From a virus (Duplodnaviria; Caudoviricetes), in IMG/VR virus record IMGVR_UViG_3300031853_000006, positions 32,001 through 96,000 of that record: a stretch of DNA of 64,000 bases. The stretch is one strand, 5' to 3'. Below, in pieces: positions 1 through 9,217 of this stretch (within the stretch, counting starts at the first letter, position 1; each line of letters opens with the position of its first letter). The translations under genes were made by a program, and so were the position numbers. The notes under the pieces were generated by a model that was not told where the DNA came from, ran no database searches, and saw nothing but the letters and a program-made list of their open reading frames with translations.

Positions 1-1
1 G

Positions 2-868
2 CTTCCGGCAACAACAAACTTTACGGGTGCGACAACATCTTTAACAGTCGATGCCCAGATGCTTCCGATGAAAACATTTGCAGCTGCAACTGATGCCGAA
101 ATAGCTCAGATGGTTGCAGCCGCTGATGCTGGACAGATCGACCTTTACGAGGATTGCGGATGGAGAGTAGGGCAAGAGCATCAAACAACGATCTCAGCTA
201 TTGCAGTATCTGGTACATACGACGGAGTCACTTGGTCAGTTGGTGAATCACAGCCGCAGCAAACAATAACACTCGTGTTAATGCACAGAGGCCTCTACCA
301 ACTAACAACCCCCGTCCTCGACAAACAAGGCAACCCTCGCAGCACGTGCTCCTTCGTCGTCGGAGTGAAGGATTGCTTGTCTGCTGCTGGCTATATGAAC
401 TTGACAAATACTAACGGAGGCTCGTGGAATGCATCAAATAGAAGACCATGGTGCAATGGAGGATTTCGTCAATCCTTATCGGATAGCTTGCGGTCTGTAT
501 TTAAGCAGTTTGAGACAGTGACGGCTCAAACTTATAGTGGCTCAACAAATCAAACATCGCAAGACTACTTTGCCCTCCCTGCCGCAGCAGAAGTGTTTAA
601 GGGCGACTCGATGTACGGAACTGGAGGTTCGGCAGGTCCAAAAACTGCATACTCAAACCTAACAGAATTCAATGCTCTAACAAGGTTCACATGGTACGGA
701 ACAACGAGCAATAGGGTCAAAACCAGAAAAGATTCCGCCTACCCTTGGCGGGAGCGCTCGCCTTATTACGGCTCCAGCAACCATTTCTGTTTTGTGAGCA
801 ACAACGGCGGTACCGACCTTACCACTGCTAACGGTACTGTTGGATTGTCGCCTTTCGGCTGCTTGTGA
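2..868 (+). CDS. Tail fibre / receptor-binding protein A, 5'-truncated by the window edge; C-terminal DUF6273/C-type-lectin-like tip domain
   Basis: Frame is open from nt 2 (LPATTNFTGATTSLTVDAQMLPMKTFAAA) and is collinear with the middle of ORF 1529..3022; ends in WRERSP...FCFV...GLSPFGCL. Confidence 0.8.
   Translation, partial: LPATTNFTGATTSLTVDAQMLPMKTFAAATDAEIAQMVAAADAGQIDLYEDCGWRVGQEHQTTISAIAVSGTYDGVTWSVGESQPQQTITLVLMHRGLYQLTTPVLDKQGNPRSTCSFVVGVKDCLSAAGYMNLTNTNGGSWNASNRRPWCNGGFRQSLSDSLRSVFKQFETVTAQTYSGSTNQTSQDYFALPAAAEVFKGDSMYGTGGSAGPKTAYSNLTEFNALTRFTWYGTTSNRVKTRKDSAYPWRERSPYYGSSNHFCFVSNNGGTDLTTANGTVGLSPFGCL
439..522 (+). repeat. Inverted repeat IR1-left (84 bp), inside fibre A
   Basis: Exact reverse complement of 1266..1349. 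Confidence 0.95.
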
Positions 869-884
869 TGATAGCATACAAAAC

Positions 885-921
885 AAGCTCCGCAACGTCG
901 TTTAACTTTGCGGAGCTTTTT
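885..921. terminator. Bidirectional hairpin terminator between fibre A and its silent cassette
   Basis: AAGCTCCGCAA / TTGCGGAGCTT stem with A- and T-rich flanks. Confidence 0.75.
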
Positions 922-949
922 CTTTGATTAAGTTGAGAAGATTAGTTTG

Positions 950-1349
950 TTATAAGCAGCCGAAAGGCGCTAACCCAGAAACAATGTTAGCGTAGCGATC
1001 GGCGGCGGAGCCATAGCCGCTAACAAGACAGAAACCGCTGCTGTCGCGGTAACGAGGCGAACGCTCCCACCAATAGTCGGCGGATCCATTCCAATTTTTA
1101 ACTCGGTTACTTGTTGTTTGGTAATATGTTATTGCTGACAACGCGTTTGCTTCGGTAGTTGTGGAATAAGTCCGAGAATTGAAGATTTCCTTTTCAGCGA
1201 ACAGTGCAAAGTAGTCTTGTGAAGTAATATTTGCTCCTCCGGAAGTCGAGCCGCTGTAATCCCCAGTCACTGTCTCAAACTGCTTAAATACAGACCGCAA
1301 GCTATCCGATAAGGATTGACGAAATCCTCCATTGCACCATGGTCTTCTA
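950..1349 (-). other. Silent alternative C-terminal cassette for fibre A (no start of its own)
   Basis: Begins with IR1 (RRPWCNGGFRQSLSDSLRSVFKQFETVT), then diverges and ends WWERSP...GLAPFGCL; in frame after inversion. Confidence 0.9.
1266..1349 (-). repeat. Inverted repeat IR1-right (84 bp)
   Basis: Exact reverse complement of 439..522. Confidence 0.95.
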
Positions 1350-1528
1350 ATCGAGTAACCCTGTCCACAATTCTACGAACCCTCTAAACTCCCACACTGC
1401 AAACTACACTTAAATCTCAACAGACCAACCTTGTTTAATACTACATTGAAGGAGAGTTCTACCCCTCCGATCTTATACAAAGAAACACAACGAGAATTCT
1501 TCAAATACAAGGAAGGAGAAATATCAAT

Positions 1529-3022
1529 ATGGCAACAGTCACAGAGCCTTTATTGCTTGATGAAACCGGTCAGGCAATGATTACGCAACTTGAGAACATC
1601 AATGATGCACTCGAAGTTAAGGTAACACCTGCAACGACTGATAAGTTAGGGCTTGTCAAGCCTGATGGAGTTACTCTTAATGTCACACCCGACGGGACTA
1701 TATCGTCATCTCGCATCTTTGTTCAGGTTCCTGTAGTCAGCGAACAGACCTACACCTACAACGGGCTGACGCAGTACCTCATATTCACATCAATCTCTCG
1801 AGAAGATGTTACTGTCACAGGTGATTCTGCTACTGATGCAGGTAATTACACTTGTACAGTTTCACTTAACAATCCGAACGGAATGTGGAGCGACGGAACA
1901 GTCGCACCTAAAACATTCCCTTGGTCAATTCAGAAAGCAACCGGTTCAATCACATTATCTGAATCATCGCTTTCGCTCGATACTAACACACCCTCCGCAG
2001 TAGTTAATGTAACTATCGTAGGTGACGGAACAGCGACGTTTGCAGCAGAAGACCCAATGATTGCGAGTGCTTCGCCGTCAGTTATAACCTATTCATCTCC
2101 TGTAACAATAACAGGACTCCGGACAGGTTCTACAACGATCACAGCAACATTGGCTGCAACAACAAATTACACAGGAGACAGTGCAACTATAGAAGTTACA
2201 GCTGAGATGGTTCCGTTAAAGACGTTTGCAGCTGCAACTGATTCAGAAATCCGACAGATGGTTGAAGCAGCAGATGCGGGACTTATTGATCTCTACGAAG
2301 ACTGCGGATGGAGAGTCGGTCAAGAGCATCAGACGACTGTTGCAGCAATGGCAGCATCTGGTACATACGACGGAGTCTCCTGGTCAGTGGGTGAGACTCA
2401 TGCAGAGCAAACAATAACACTTGTATTGATGCATCAGGGCTTGTATCAGTTAGTCAACGCAGTTAAGGATAAGCAAGGAAATAACAGGACAACCTGCTCT
2501 TTCGTCGTCGGAATGAAGGATTGCCTTAACGAAGGCGGATATATGAATTCTACTAATACAAATAGTGGTTCATGGAACGGATGTGCAAGAAGATCCTGGT
2601 GCAACTCTGCATTCCGCCAAGCCCTCCCTGCCGATTTAAGAGCAGTGTTTAAGCAGTTTGAAACGGTCACCGCAACGGAGTACAACGCTAGTACGACCAC
2701 AACATCACAAGACTACTTCGCCTTAGCAGCTGCAGCCGAAGTGTTCAAGGGCGATCCTGATTATGGTCAAGGCGGCTCAGCCGGTCAGCAAACCGCATAC
2801 TCAAACCTGACCGAGTTCAACGCACTGACGCGATTCACTTGGTATGAGACATCAGCGAATAGGAGGAAGGCACAAGGACAGAACGGATCTAATATATTTT
2901 GGTATGAAAGGTCACCCTGTGCAGATGTTACAGCGACGTGGCTCTGTGTTAATCAAGGAGGAGGTCCTCGAGGGAGTGGGGCTAATAATCAATTCGGATT
3001 AACATTCTTCGGCTGCTTATAA
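1529..3022 (+). CDS. Tail fibre / receptor-binding protein B (Ig-like stalk plus DUF6273/CLec-like tip)
   Basis: RBS AAGGAAGGAG; LGLVKPDG repeat, T/S-rich Ig-like segments; C-terminal half paralogous to 2..868. Confidence 0.8.
   Translation: MATVTEPLLLDETGQAMITQLENINDALEVKVTPATTDKLGLVKPDGVTLNVTPDGTISSSRIFVQVPVVSEQTYTYNGLTQYLIFTSISREDVTVTGDSATDAGNYTCTVSLNNPNGMWSDGTVAPKTFPWSIQKATGSITLSESSLSLDTNTPSAVVNVTIVGDGTATFAAEDPMIASASPSVITYSSPVTITGLRTGSTTITATLAATTNYTGDSATIEVTAEMVPLKTFAAATDSEIRQMVEAADAGLIDLYEDCGWRVGQEHQTTVAAMAASGTYDGVSWSVGETHAEQTITLVLMHQGLYQLVNAVKDKQGNNRTTCSFVVGMKDCLNEGGYMNSTNTNSGSWNGCARRSWCNSAFRQALPADLRAVFKQFETVTATEYNASTTTTSQDYFALAAAAEVFKGDPDYGQGGSAGQQTAYSNLTEFNALTRFTWYETSANRRKAQGQNGSNIFWYERSPCADVTATWLCVNQGGGPRGSGANNQFGLTFFGCL
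2609..2653 (+). repeat. Inverted repeat IR3-left (45 bp)
   Basis: Exact reverse complement of 3865..3909. Confidence 0.95.
2704..2751 (+). repeat. Inverted repeat IR2-left (48 bp)
   Basis: Exact reverse complement of 3484..3531. Confidence 0.95.
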
Positions 3023-3033
3023 TCTGCAAATCA

Positions 3034-3212
3034 AAAGAACTGCCATCAAAAGGCAGTTCTTTGAATGTACGCAGAAAGTTTAATCATACTAGCCCGCTGC
3101 CTACAACTGTGCGGCAGCGGGCTTCGCGGAGAGTGTTCTGTTCCTCCGCGAAATAAGATAGAGCCATCTAGTTCAGCCTAGTTGCATCAAACCGCCAATT
3201 TTAGGCGGTTTT
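3034..3212. terminator. Cluster of four GC-rich hairpins between fibre B and its cassettes
   Basis: Stems AAAGAACTGCC/GGCAGTTCTTT (3034-3062), AGCCCGCTGCC/GGCAGCGGGCT (3091-3123), TTCGCGGAG/CTCCGCGAA, AAACCGCC/GGCGGTTT. Confidence 0.7.
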
Positions 3213-3221
3213 CGTTTTGTG

Positions 3222-3531
3222 TCACAAGCAGCCGAAAGGCGACAACCCACGAGCATTGCTAGCGTTGCTACCGCCGGCGCTGGCGTTGCCCACAGCACAA
3301 AAACCGTCGCCGTTGTAGCAACGGGGCGAACGCTCCCACCAAGCGGAGGCGGAGCCCTCCACATTTTTAGCTCTGTTGCTCGTTGTCTCATACCACGTGA
3401 AACGAGATAGTGCGTTAAATTCGGTCAGGTTTGACCATGCGGTTCCTTGACCTACTGAAACACCTGTACCATAATCCGGATCCCCCTTGAACACTTCGGC
3501 TGCAGCTGCTAAGGCGAAGTAGTCTTGTGAT
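3222..3531 (-). other. Silent alternative C-terminal cassette B1 for fibre B
   Basis: Starts with IR2 (SQDYFALAAAAEVFKG), no start codon or RBS, ends GLSPFGCL. Confidence 0.9.
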
Positions 3532-3534
3532 TAA

Positions 3535-3909
3535 TCAAAGGCAGCCGAAGGGAGATAGACCATAATTACCTATCACATAATAATTAGTAGGAGTGCCAGA
3601 GCTGCTCGCTAGACACTCATCAGTGTCATTATAGTAAGCAGGCGAACGCTCCCACCAACCATAGGCGGATCCGTTCATAGTTTTGATCCTGGTTGTTGTC
3701 CGATAGTAAGTGATAGCAGTCAGCGCGTTTGCTTCGTTTGTCGTGCTATTGGGATTTGATGCATGAACCTCCTTTTCGGCAAACAGTGCAAAGTAGTCTT
3801 GCGATGTAATGTTTGAGCCTCCGGTTTGATAATTATTAGATTGACCAGTAATGCAGTTAAACTTCTTAAACACTGCTCTTAAATCGGCAGGGAGGGCTTG
3901 GCGGAATGC
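3535..3909 (-). other. Silent alternative C-terminal cassette B2 for fibre B
   Basis: Starts with IR3 (AFRQALPADLRAVFK), ends GLSPFGCL; same FAEKE subtype as cassette 950..1349. Confidence 0.9.
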
Positions 3910-4021
3910 GCTTAAACTCCGTCAAAAATGAAACTACATTATTATATAAGAAACAAAGTAATTGATGAACCTTATTTAATGTTGATGAAATCAATGATCA
4001 CTGGAAGGAGGAAATCTTCAA

Positions 4022-4261
4022 ATGGATAAGAGCACAATGCAAGAAATCGGTGCCATATGGGACAAATTCAATGAACTCGACAAGAAACTTTCTGACTTCA
4101 TTGACAGCGTTCACGGAGTTTCCACAGCCGGCATATCTGAGAATCAAGATAGTATCCTTGATGTTGCAGATCTATCAGACGAGAACAGCACAAGTATTGT
4201 AGAACTCGCTGATATGGTCGAAGACCTTGAGGGAAGAGTAAAAGCATTGGAGGAAAAGTAA
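4022..4261 (+). CDS. Small coiled-coil tail-fibre-associated protein
   Basis: RBS GGAAGGAGG; acidic heptad C-terminus; fibre-locus context. Confidence 0.55.
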   Translation: MDKSTMQEIGAIWDKFNELDKKLSDFIDSVHGVSTAGISENQDSILDVADLSDENSTSIVELADMVEDLEGRVKALEEK

Positions 4262-4263
4262 TC

Positions 4264-4452
4264 ATGGTTAAGAAATACTCAAGACTTCTCGAGCAGAGAA
4301 TCACAAATGAAAAAACCGGATCGACTTGGGCAATCCAGGATGTTCCGAACACTTGGCGTGATGCAACTCACGACAAAGTAATCGCTGACCATTATGTTTT
4401 CCTTGAGGACGGGACAGCTGAGCCGATTCCGCCCAATGAGGACGAAGAGTAA
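4264..4452 (+). CDS. Small CD1375/XkdX-like tail-fibre assembly protein
   Basis: Y..RI.......I.DVP.TWR..T pattern; follows the coiled-coil partner. Confidence 0.5.
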   Translation: MVKKYSRLLEQRITNEKTGSTWAIQDVPNTWRDATHDKVIADHYVFLEDGTAEPIPPNEDEE

Positions 4453-4483
4453 TAACTAGCATAATCAGGAAGGAGAAAAGCAG

Positions 4484-5104
4484 ATGGCCCAAGTAACATC
4501 CCCTCTCCTGCTAGACGGAACAGGCCAGACCATGCTCACGAAACTCGAAGGAATTCGTGCAGCACTTGCTGCAGAGGTAACCCCTGCAACAACAGCAACG
4601 GCAGGTATCGTCAAGCCGGACGGAACCACAATTACAATAGATGGTAACGGAACCATTTCAGCTGCCGTAGCCCCTGCAACAACATCGGTCGCAGGTACTG
4701 TAAAGCCGGACGGAACCACCATTACCGTCACCAACGACGGAACAATTTCTGCAGATGTTGCCTTTGCAACAACCGCAAAAGCAGGTACTGTAAAGCCGGA
4801 CGGAACGTCGATCACAGTATCGAATGACGGCACCATCTCAGCACAAGCAGGCGAAATGGTGTTCCAGAGTCACTTAATAGAAGCATCAGGATGGTCAAGT
4901 AACGTATATTCATTTGAGCTGGAATATCCGAGTGCTTCATATGACATTCTTGACATCACACCTAGTGAGACTGCATCAGATGCACAGAGAAAAGCATGGA
5001 TTTCGGCAGATTGCGGTGGGTTCAGAGCAACTAACACAATTTATGCACACGGAACCGTGCCCACAACCGACATTCCCGCAGTATTGCTAGTAAGGTCAAA
5101 GTAA
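4484..5104 (+). CDS. Short tail-fibre-like protein with three AG.VKPDGT.IT...DGTISA repeats
   Basis: N-terminus MAQVTSPLLLDGTGQ paralogous to fibre B; ~78-bp tandem repeats at ~4580-4840. Confidence 0.7.
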   Translation: MAQVTSPLLLDGTGQTMLTKLEGIRAALAAEVTPATTATAGIVKPDGTTITIDGNGTISAAVAPATTSVAGTVKPDGTTITVTNDGTISADVAFATTAKAGTVKPDGTSITVSNDGTISAQAGEMVFQSHLIEASGWSSNVYSFELEYPSASYDILDITPSETASDAQRKAWISADCGGFRATNTIYAHGTVPTTDIPAVLLVRSK

Positions 5105-5183
5105 CAAGTGTGTTAGCTAATAAAGACACTTGCATATAAACAAATTAACAACCAAAAACTATTCAGATTGGAGGAATAAAAAC

Positions 5184-5513
5184 ATGAGAGCTGTTATTCT
5201 TGCAGACGGAACACGTATTGATAATGTCAGCGATTCTAGTTCAGTTGATGCAATTCTTGCCATCAGAGAGAACTACGAAGCAGCAGGAGCTGTTCGCGAT
5301 ATCTTTACAGCAGAGAATTCTACTTCTTTCGAGATCGTAGATGAGGAAGGAAAGCAGATCGCAGTAGCATCAGAGGTTATCCTCGGTGACGGTGCACAGC
5401 TGTATTCTACAGAGGGCGGAGTTATCTGCCAGGTTAACTTCCGTGCTAAGACTGATGTAGAGATTCTTCAGGATGAAGTTAAAGAGCTTCAGGATGCTGT
5501 AATCGAGGGATAA
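5184..5513 (+). CDS. Tail-fibre-associated protein
   Basis: Start MRAVILADG after GGAGG; ends ELQDAVIE. Confidence 0.55.
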   Translation: MRAVILADGTRIDNVSDSSSVDAILAIRENYEAAGAVRDIFTAENSTSFEIVDEEGKQIAVASEVILGDGAQLYSTEGGVICQVNFRAKTDVEILQDEVKELQDAVIEG

Positions 5514-5526
5514 GGAGGACAAAGAC

Positions 5527-5676
5527 ATGAGTAAATCAATGGCTAAGATCTGGGCACGTCGCATTCACGACGGCGCTTATACACTCGACGATGTGAAAGC
5601 AAAGTACGGCGAAGAGGGAGTTCAGCAGGTTAAGGAAGCTTACAGACAGCTTTTCGGTACAGACATTCCGGAGTGA
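5527..5676 (+). CDS. Small CD1375-like protein (49 aa, absent from the ORF track)
   Basis: AAGGAGG RBS; MSKSMAKIWARRIHDGAYTLDDV...; terminator at ~5699-5735. Confidence 0.65.
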   Translation: MSKSMAKIWARRIHDGAYTLDDVKAKYGEEGVQQVKEAYRQLFGTDIPE

Positions 5677-5757
5677 CACATAATTAACAATTAAGAGTAA
5701 GGGACGTCTAACATCAGATGTCCCTTTCTTTTTTCTTCTAAGGAGGAATAAGCTGTA

Positions 5758-6135
5758 ATGAACATCGAAGCTGCAACATTGAAGTATTACAATGCAAACA
5801 ACCGAGGGAACAGAACGAGTGACTGCGTAAAACGTGCATTGTCGTTAGCTCTAGATATTTCATACACCGATATTTCTAAACTCCTCAATGCAGAGATGCA
5901 TAGGCAGCACGAAGATGCATGGAACTATCCTAATGTTTACGGGAAAGTAGCTAAAGATCTAGGATGCTCTGATTGGATGTATGATGGAGTTATAAACGAA
6001 AACGGCAGGATGAAATTAGACGAATTTGTCGACACGGTGCTTGATCCTAATAAGACCTACCTTGTGCATACAGGGAGGAGCGCTTCAGCTCTCAATCATA
6101 CGAAAATTTTATTTTCTTTCCGCAAGTTTCGTTAA
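5758..6135 (+). pseudogene. Phage gene truncated by the TnpB element (N-terminal part)
   Basis: NN.G.RT.DCV.RAL motif; sequence turns AT-rich after ...ALNH at ~6099; an orphan start-less C-terminal ORF lies at 7616..7738. Confidence 0.55.
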
Positions 6136-7614
6136 ATTATTTATTAAATATAACGATTCTTACGAATTTTCACTGAATCTATAAGAATCTAGTGAAATAT
6201 ATAACCTTAAATATAATTAGATATCTAAACAAAGAATGAGAAAGGAGGTGAAACATATGAAAACTTGGAAATCTAACCTTAAGCATCTTAGTCTAAAAGA
6301 TTATGAAATCCTTCGTGATATGTGCCATGCAAGCAAGAATGTTTACAATGCTTCGCTTTATAACATTCGGCAACATTTCTTTCAACAAAGCGAATTTCTT
6401 CGATACGAAGCTAATTATCACTTGATGAAAGGTACCAATGTCTACGATTATCTTGGTAATGTTGCCCAGCAATCTATGAAAGCAGCTGACAGTGCATTCA
6501 AAGCTTTCTTTGCTTTGATTAAAATGTATAAGCAAGGCAAGTTGGAGAGTAGGCCTAACATTCCACATTACTTACCTAAAGATGGATTTTTCAAAATCGA
6601 GTTCAACAGCCCTAGGGACCAGAAGAAGAATATCGAGCAAGGCTACTATCAGCTACCAATGTCTCGATACCTTGCAACCAAGTACGAAGGCATCAGGGTC
6701 AAGATAACAATTCCGCCTTACTTGCGTGACAAACATATTCGACAGATCCACATCATTCCTAGATGCAATGGCAAGTACTTCGAAGCCTGTTTCTTGTTTG
6801 ACGATGTCGAAAATCAAAAAGTTAATCTCGATTTAACTAAAGCATTAGCAATTGATTTAGGTGTCAACAATTTTGCAACTTGCGTAACTTCTGAAGGAGA
6901 TTCATTTATAATTGACGGTAAGAAAATCAAATCAATCAACCAATGGTATAACAAAGAAAATGCCAGACTGTCAAGTATTAAGTATAAACAGAAGTTAAGC
7001 AAAGAGGCAACCAACAGGCAAGCACGATTGTCCGCAAAACGAGGACGCCGCATCAATGATTTCATCTATTGTTCTGCAAAGTACATAGTTGAATATTGCA
7101 TCGATCATAACATTGGTAATCTTGTTGTAGGATACAATGACGGCTTTCAGGATAATCCTAATCTAGGTAAAGTCAACAATCAAACCTTTGTGATGCTACC
7201 TTACGGCAAATTCAAAAGCAGGCTCGAACATTTATGCAACTCGGTTGGGATAACCTATACCAAACAAGAAGAATCTTATACCTCAAAAGCAAGTTTCTTT
7301 GACCTAGATGATATGCCAATTTGGAACCCTGATAATCCTCATCAAGGCAGCTTTTCTGGGAAGCGAATCTATCGAGGTCTGTATAGAAGAAACAATGGAA
7401 CTAATCTTAACGCTGATGTAAATGGAGCGCTAAATATCCTAAGAAAATGTAATGTTGTAGACCTTTCGGTCTTATACAGTAGAGGCACTGTCGTCGTGCC
7501 TACAAGAATAAGGCTATCCTGACTTTTTCAGGAGGAAACTCAAACAGCAACCTTCTTGCGAATAGAATTCTATTAAAAATCTTAATGTAACTTGATAATT
7601 TTTAATTTATTCTA
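6100..7614 (+). mobile_element. Solo-TnpB element (IS200/IS605 superfamily, no TnpA)
   Basis: AT-rich island with tnpB and end hairpins at ~6100-6132 and ~7563-7614; ends approximate. Confidence 0.7.
6257..7522 (+). CDS. tnpB: RNA-guided endonuclease TnpB
   Basis: RuvC motifs AIDLGVNN, VVGYN (rearranged, with QEESYTSK) and NADVNGALNI; N-terminal SKNVYN. Confidence 0.92.
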   Translation: MKTWKSNLKHLSLKDYEILRDMCHASKNVYNASLYNIRQHFFQQSEFLRYEANYHLMKGTNVYDYLGNVAQQSMKAADSAFKAFFALIKMYKQGKLESRPNIPHYLPKDGFFKIEFNSPRDQKKNIEQGYYQLPMSRYLATKYEGIRVKITIPPYLRDKHIRQIHIIPRCNGKYFEACFLFDDVENQKVNLDLTKALAIDLGVNNFATCVTSEGDSFIIDGKKIKSINQWYNKENARLSSIKYKQKLSKEATNRQARLSAKRGRRINDFIYCSAKYIVEYCIDHNIGNLVVGYNDGFQDNPNLGKVNNQTFVMLPYGKFKSRLEHLCNSVGITYTKQEESYTSKASFFDLDDMPIWNPDNPHQGSFSGKRIYRGLYRRNNGTNLNADVNGALNILRKCNVVDLSVLYSRGTVVVPTRIRLS

Positions 7615-7823
7615 AGACGATAGTAAACGGATAGAGTTTGAAGCTTATGACTCAGCGTCTTTGAAAGCCATGTTGCAGAGGTATCGAGAAACTGGGGAAG
7701 TACCCTGGGAGGATTACTCGGTATCAGAGGAATACTAAAATCGTTAAAAAGAGTAGGGCATGGGTTCCTACTCTTTCTTTACAAAGATCAAATATAACTA
7801 GAAAGTGGAGTAGAGCAGCAAAA

Positions 7824-8033
7824 ATGATACGTTGGAAAAAACAAGAAGACAATACACTCAGGAGTGAAGATGATAGATTCTTAATAGTAGAATCACATGA
7901 TAGCGCACATGGAGATCAGTGGATCTTGCATGATCAAAAAGATGCACTTACAGGAAGCTACGCCTTTCGTACGCAGCTTGATTGTAAGCTAAAGGCTGAA
8001 ACACTACATAAGTTATCGAGGCCTAAATTCTAA
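7824..8033 (+). CDS. Hypothetical protein
   Basis: RBS GGAG; ATCGTTAA motif upstream. Confidence 0.55.
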   Translation: MIRWKKQEDNTLRSEDDRFLIVESHDSAHGDQWILHDQKDALTGSYAFRTQLDCKLKAETLHKLSRPKF

Positions 8034-8081
8034 AAACACCCAAGAAGAACCTTTAATAATCATTGAGGAAGGTATCAACAC

Positions 8082-8417
8082 ATGACTAAAGAAGAGAAAA
8101 TCCTCACCATAACAGAATCATCTGATTTCCATTGTTTATTGGAATTGATGTTACCCCTGTATGACATAGATGAATTTGCATGGTTGCCAGAATTATTCTC
8201 TATCATAGGTCATGAAAGGCTACTTCTACTTGCACGATATGCAGGAGGGGAAACATTGCGGATACCTTCTCTTGACGAGATTTCTCATGCAATCGAATCG
8301 CTTGATTGGTACTATCGTGTATATATAAAGCGAAGCAAACGACGCAAGTCAATTCCGCCTGAATATATTCATTCAGTAGATAAGATCAAAGAGGTGTTCG
8401 ATGCTGCAAGAGATTAA
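8082..8417 (+). CDS. Mor/C-like DNA-binding protein (putative)
   Basis: LARYAGGETLRIP resembles the Mor L...GG..IYIP motif. Confidence 0.45.
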   Translation: MTKEEKILTITESSDFHCLLELMLPLYDIDEFAWLPELFSIIGHERLLLLARYAGGETLRIPSLDEISHAIESLDWYYRVYIKRSKRRKSIPPEYIHSVDKIKEVFDAARD

Positions 8418-8604
8418 ACAATACATAGCAGAGCTTCCAGATGAACCTTTCGAAGATTATTATCAGCGTTATATCAAAGAATCGCAAGATAAGGCAATTC
8501 GTAGGGATTTGAAAGTAGCTTCGCAATCGCTTACACAACTGGAAGATACAGTTGATATAATCAAAGGATTAAACAAACTAACCGAGGAGTTGGGACGGAT
8601 ATGA
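8401..8604 (+). CDS. Hypothetical protein
   Basis: GAGGTG RBS, overlapping operon. Confidence 0.6.
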   Translation: MLQEIKQYIAELPDEPFEDYYQRYIKESQDKAIRRDLKVASQSLTQLEDTVDIIKGLNKLTEELGRI

Positions 8605-8969
8605 CCTTATCATCTCAGGAATTCAGAAACGCATACGAAAAATTCTATAGCTCATTTAGGAATTACCTGTGGCCCTATCGAGTAGTTGAAGATCTCGCTA
8701 ATTTTGAAGTAGAGATCTTTAGTGCGTTCAACGACCTTGATAGCACTCGTAATCTTTTAATGAAGCTGAGTAAGCCCATTGAGGAAGTAGTCAAGGAGTT
8801 TGACGATAAAAAACTCGAAGAAAGATTTAATGCGTTCTTTGAATTACTTGATGAAGTTGAAGCCGATAAGATGTATCTTACATTACCGCAAGTTGAGGAG
8901 GTTACCACTAATGAAAATAAGCAAGACAAATCCGAAGAAGTCAATAAAAGCGAGCTCGCAGCAGACTAA
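8601..8969 (+). CDS. Hypothetical protein
   Basis: ATGA coupling with the upstream ORF. Confidence 0.6.
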   Translation: MTLSSQEFRNAYEKFYSSFRNYLWPYRVVEDLANFEVEIFSAFNDLDSTRNLLMKLSKPIEEVVKEFDDKKLEERFNAFFELLDEVEADKMYLTLPQVEEVTTNENKQDKSEEVNKSELAAD

Positions 8970-9186
8970 GGAAAACATTCAAGCATGTGACGATGCAGAT
9001 GCAATCGTGCTGATCCAGGAGGAAGCAGCTGCAGATCCTACTTGCTGCTGCAAGTACGAAAGATCGCTTGAACTTATCTCGGCAGCTATTGAGTCACTTG
9101 CAGAAATTGCAAAAGACGATCAGATCGCAAAAGATTCAATTGCTAACTTAGGAGTAGTAATGCTCGATCTCAAGAGCAATTGTTAA
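8911..9186 (+). CDS. Hypothetical protein with basic leader (MKISK...IKASS)
   Basis: GAGGAGG RBS before ATG 8911. Confidence 0.6.
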   Translation: MKISKTNPKKSIKASSQQTKENIQACDDADAIVLIQEEAAADPTCCCKYERSLELISAAIESLAEIAKDDQIAKDSIANLGVVMLDLKSNC

Positions 9187-9217
9187 ACTAACAAAAAAAA
9201 ATCGGAGGATTGAACAC

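Noticed and set aside
4465-4836. Minus-strand 123-aa ORF, and similar antisense ORFs such as 50507..50899 and 50969..51352
   Set aside because: Shadows of repetitive plus-strand genes, with no RBS
4580-4840. 78-bp tandem repeat as an array or recombination locus
   Set aside because: In-frame protein repeat of a fibre-like gene
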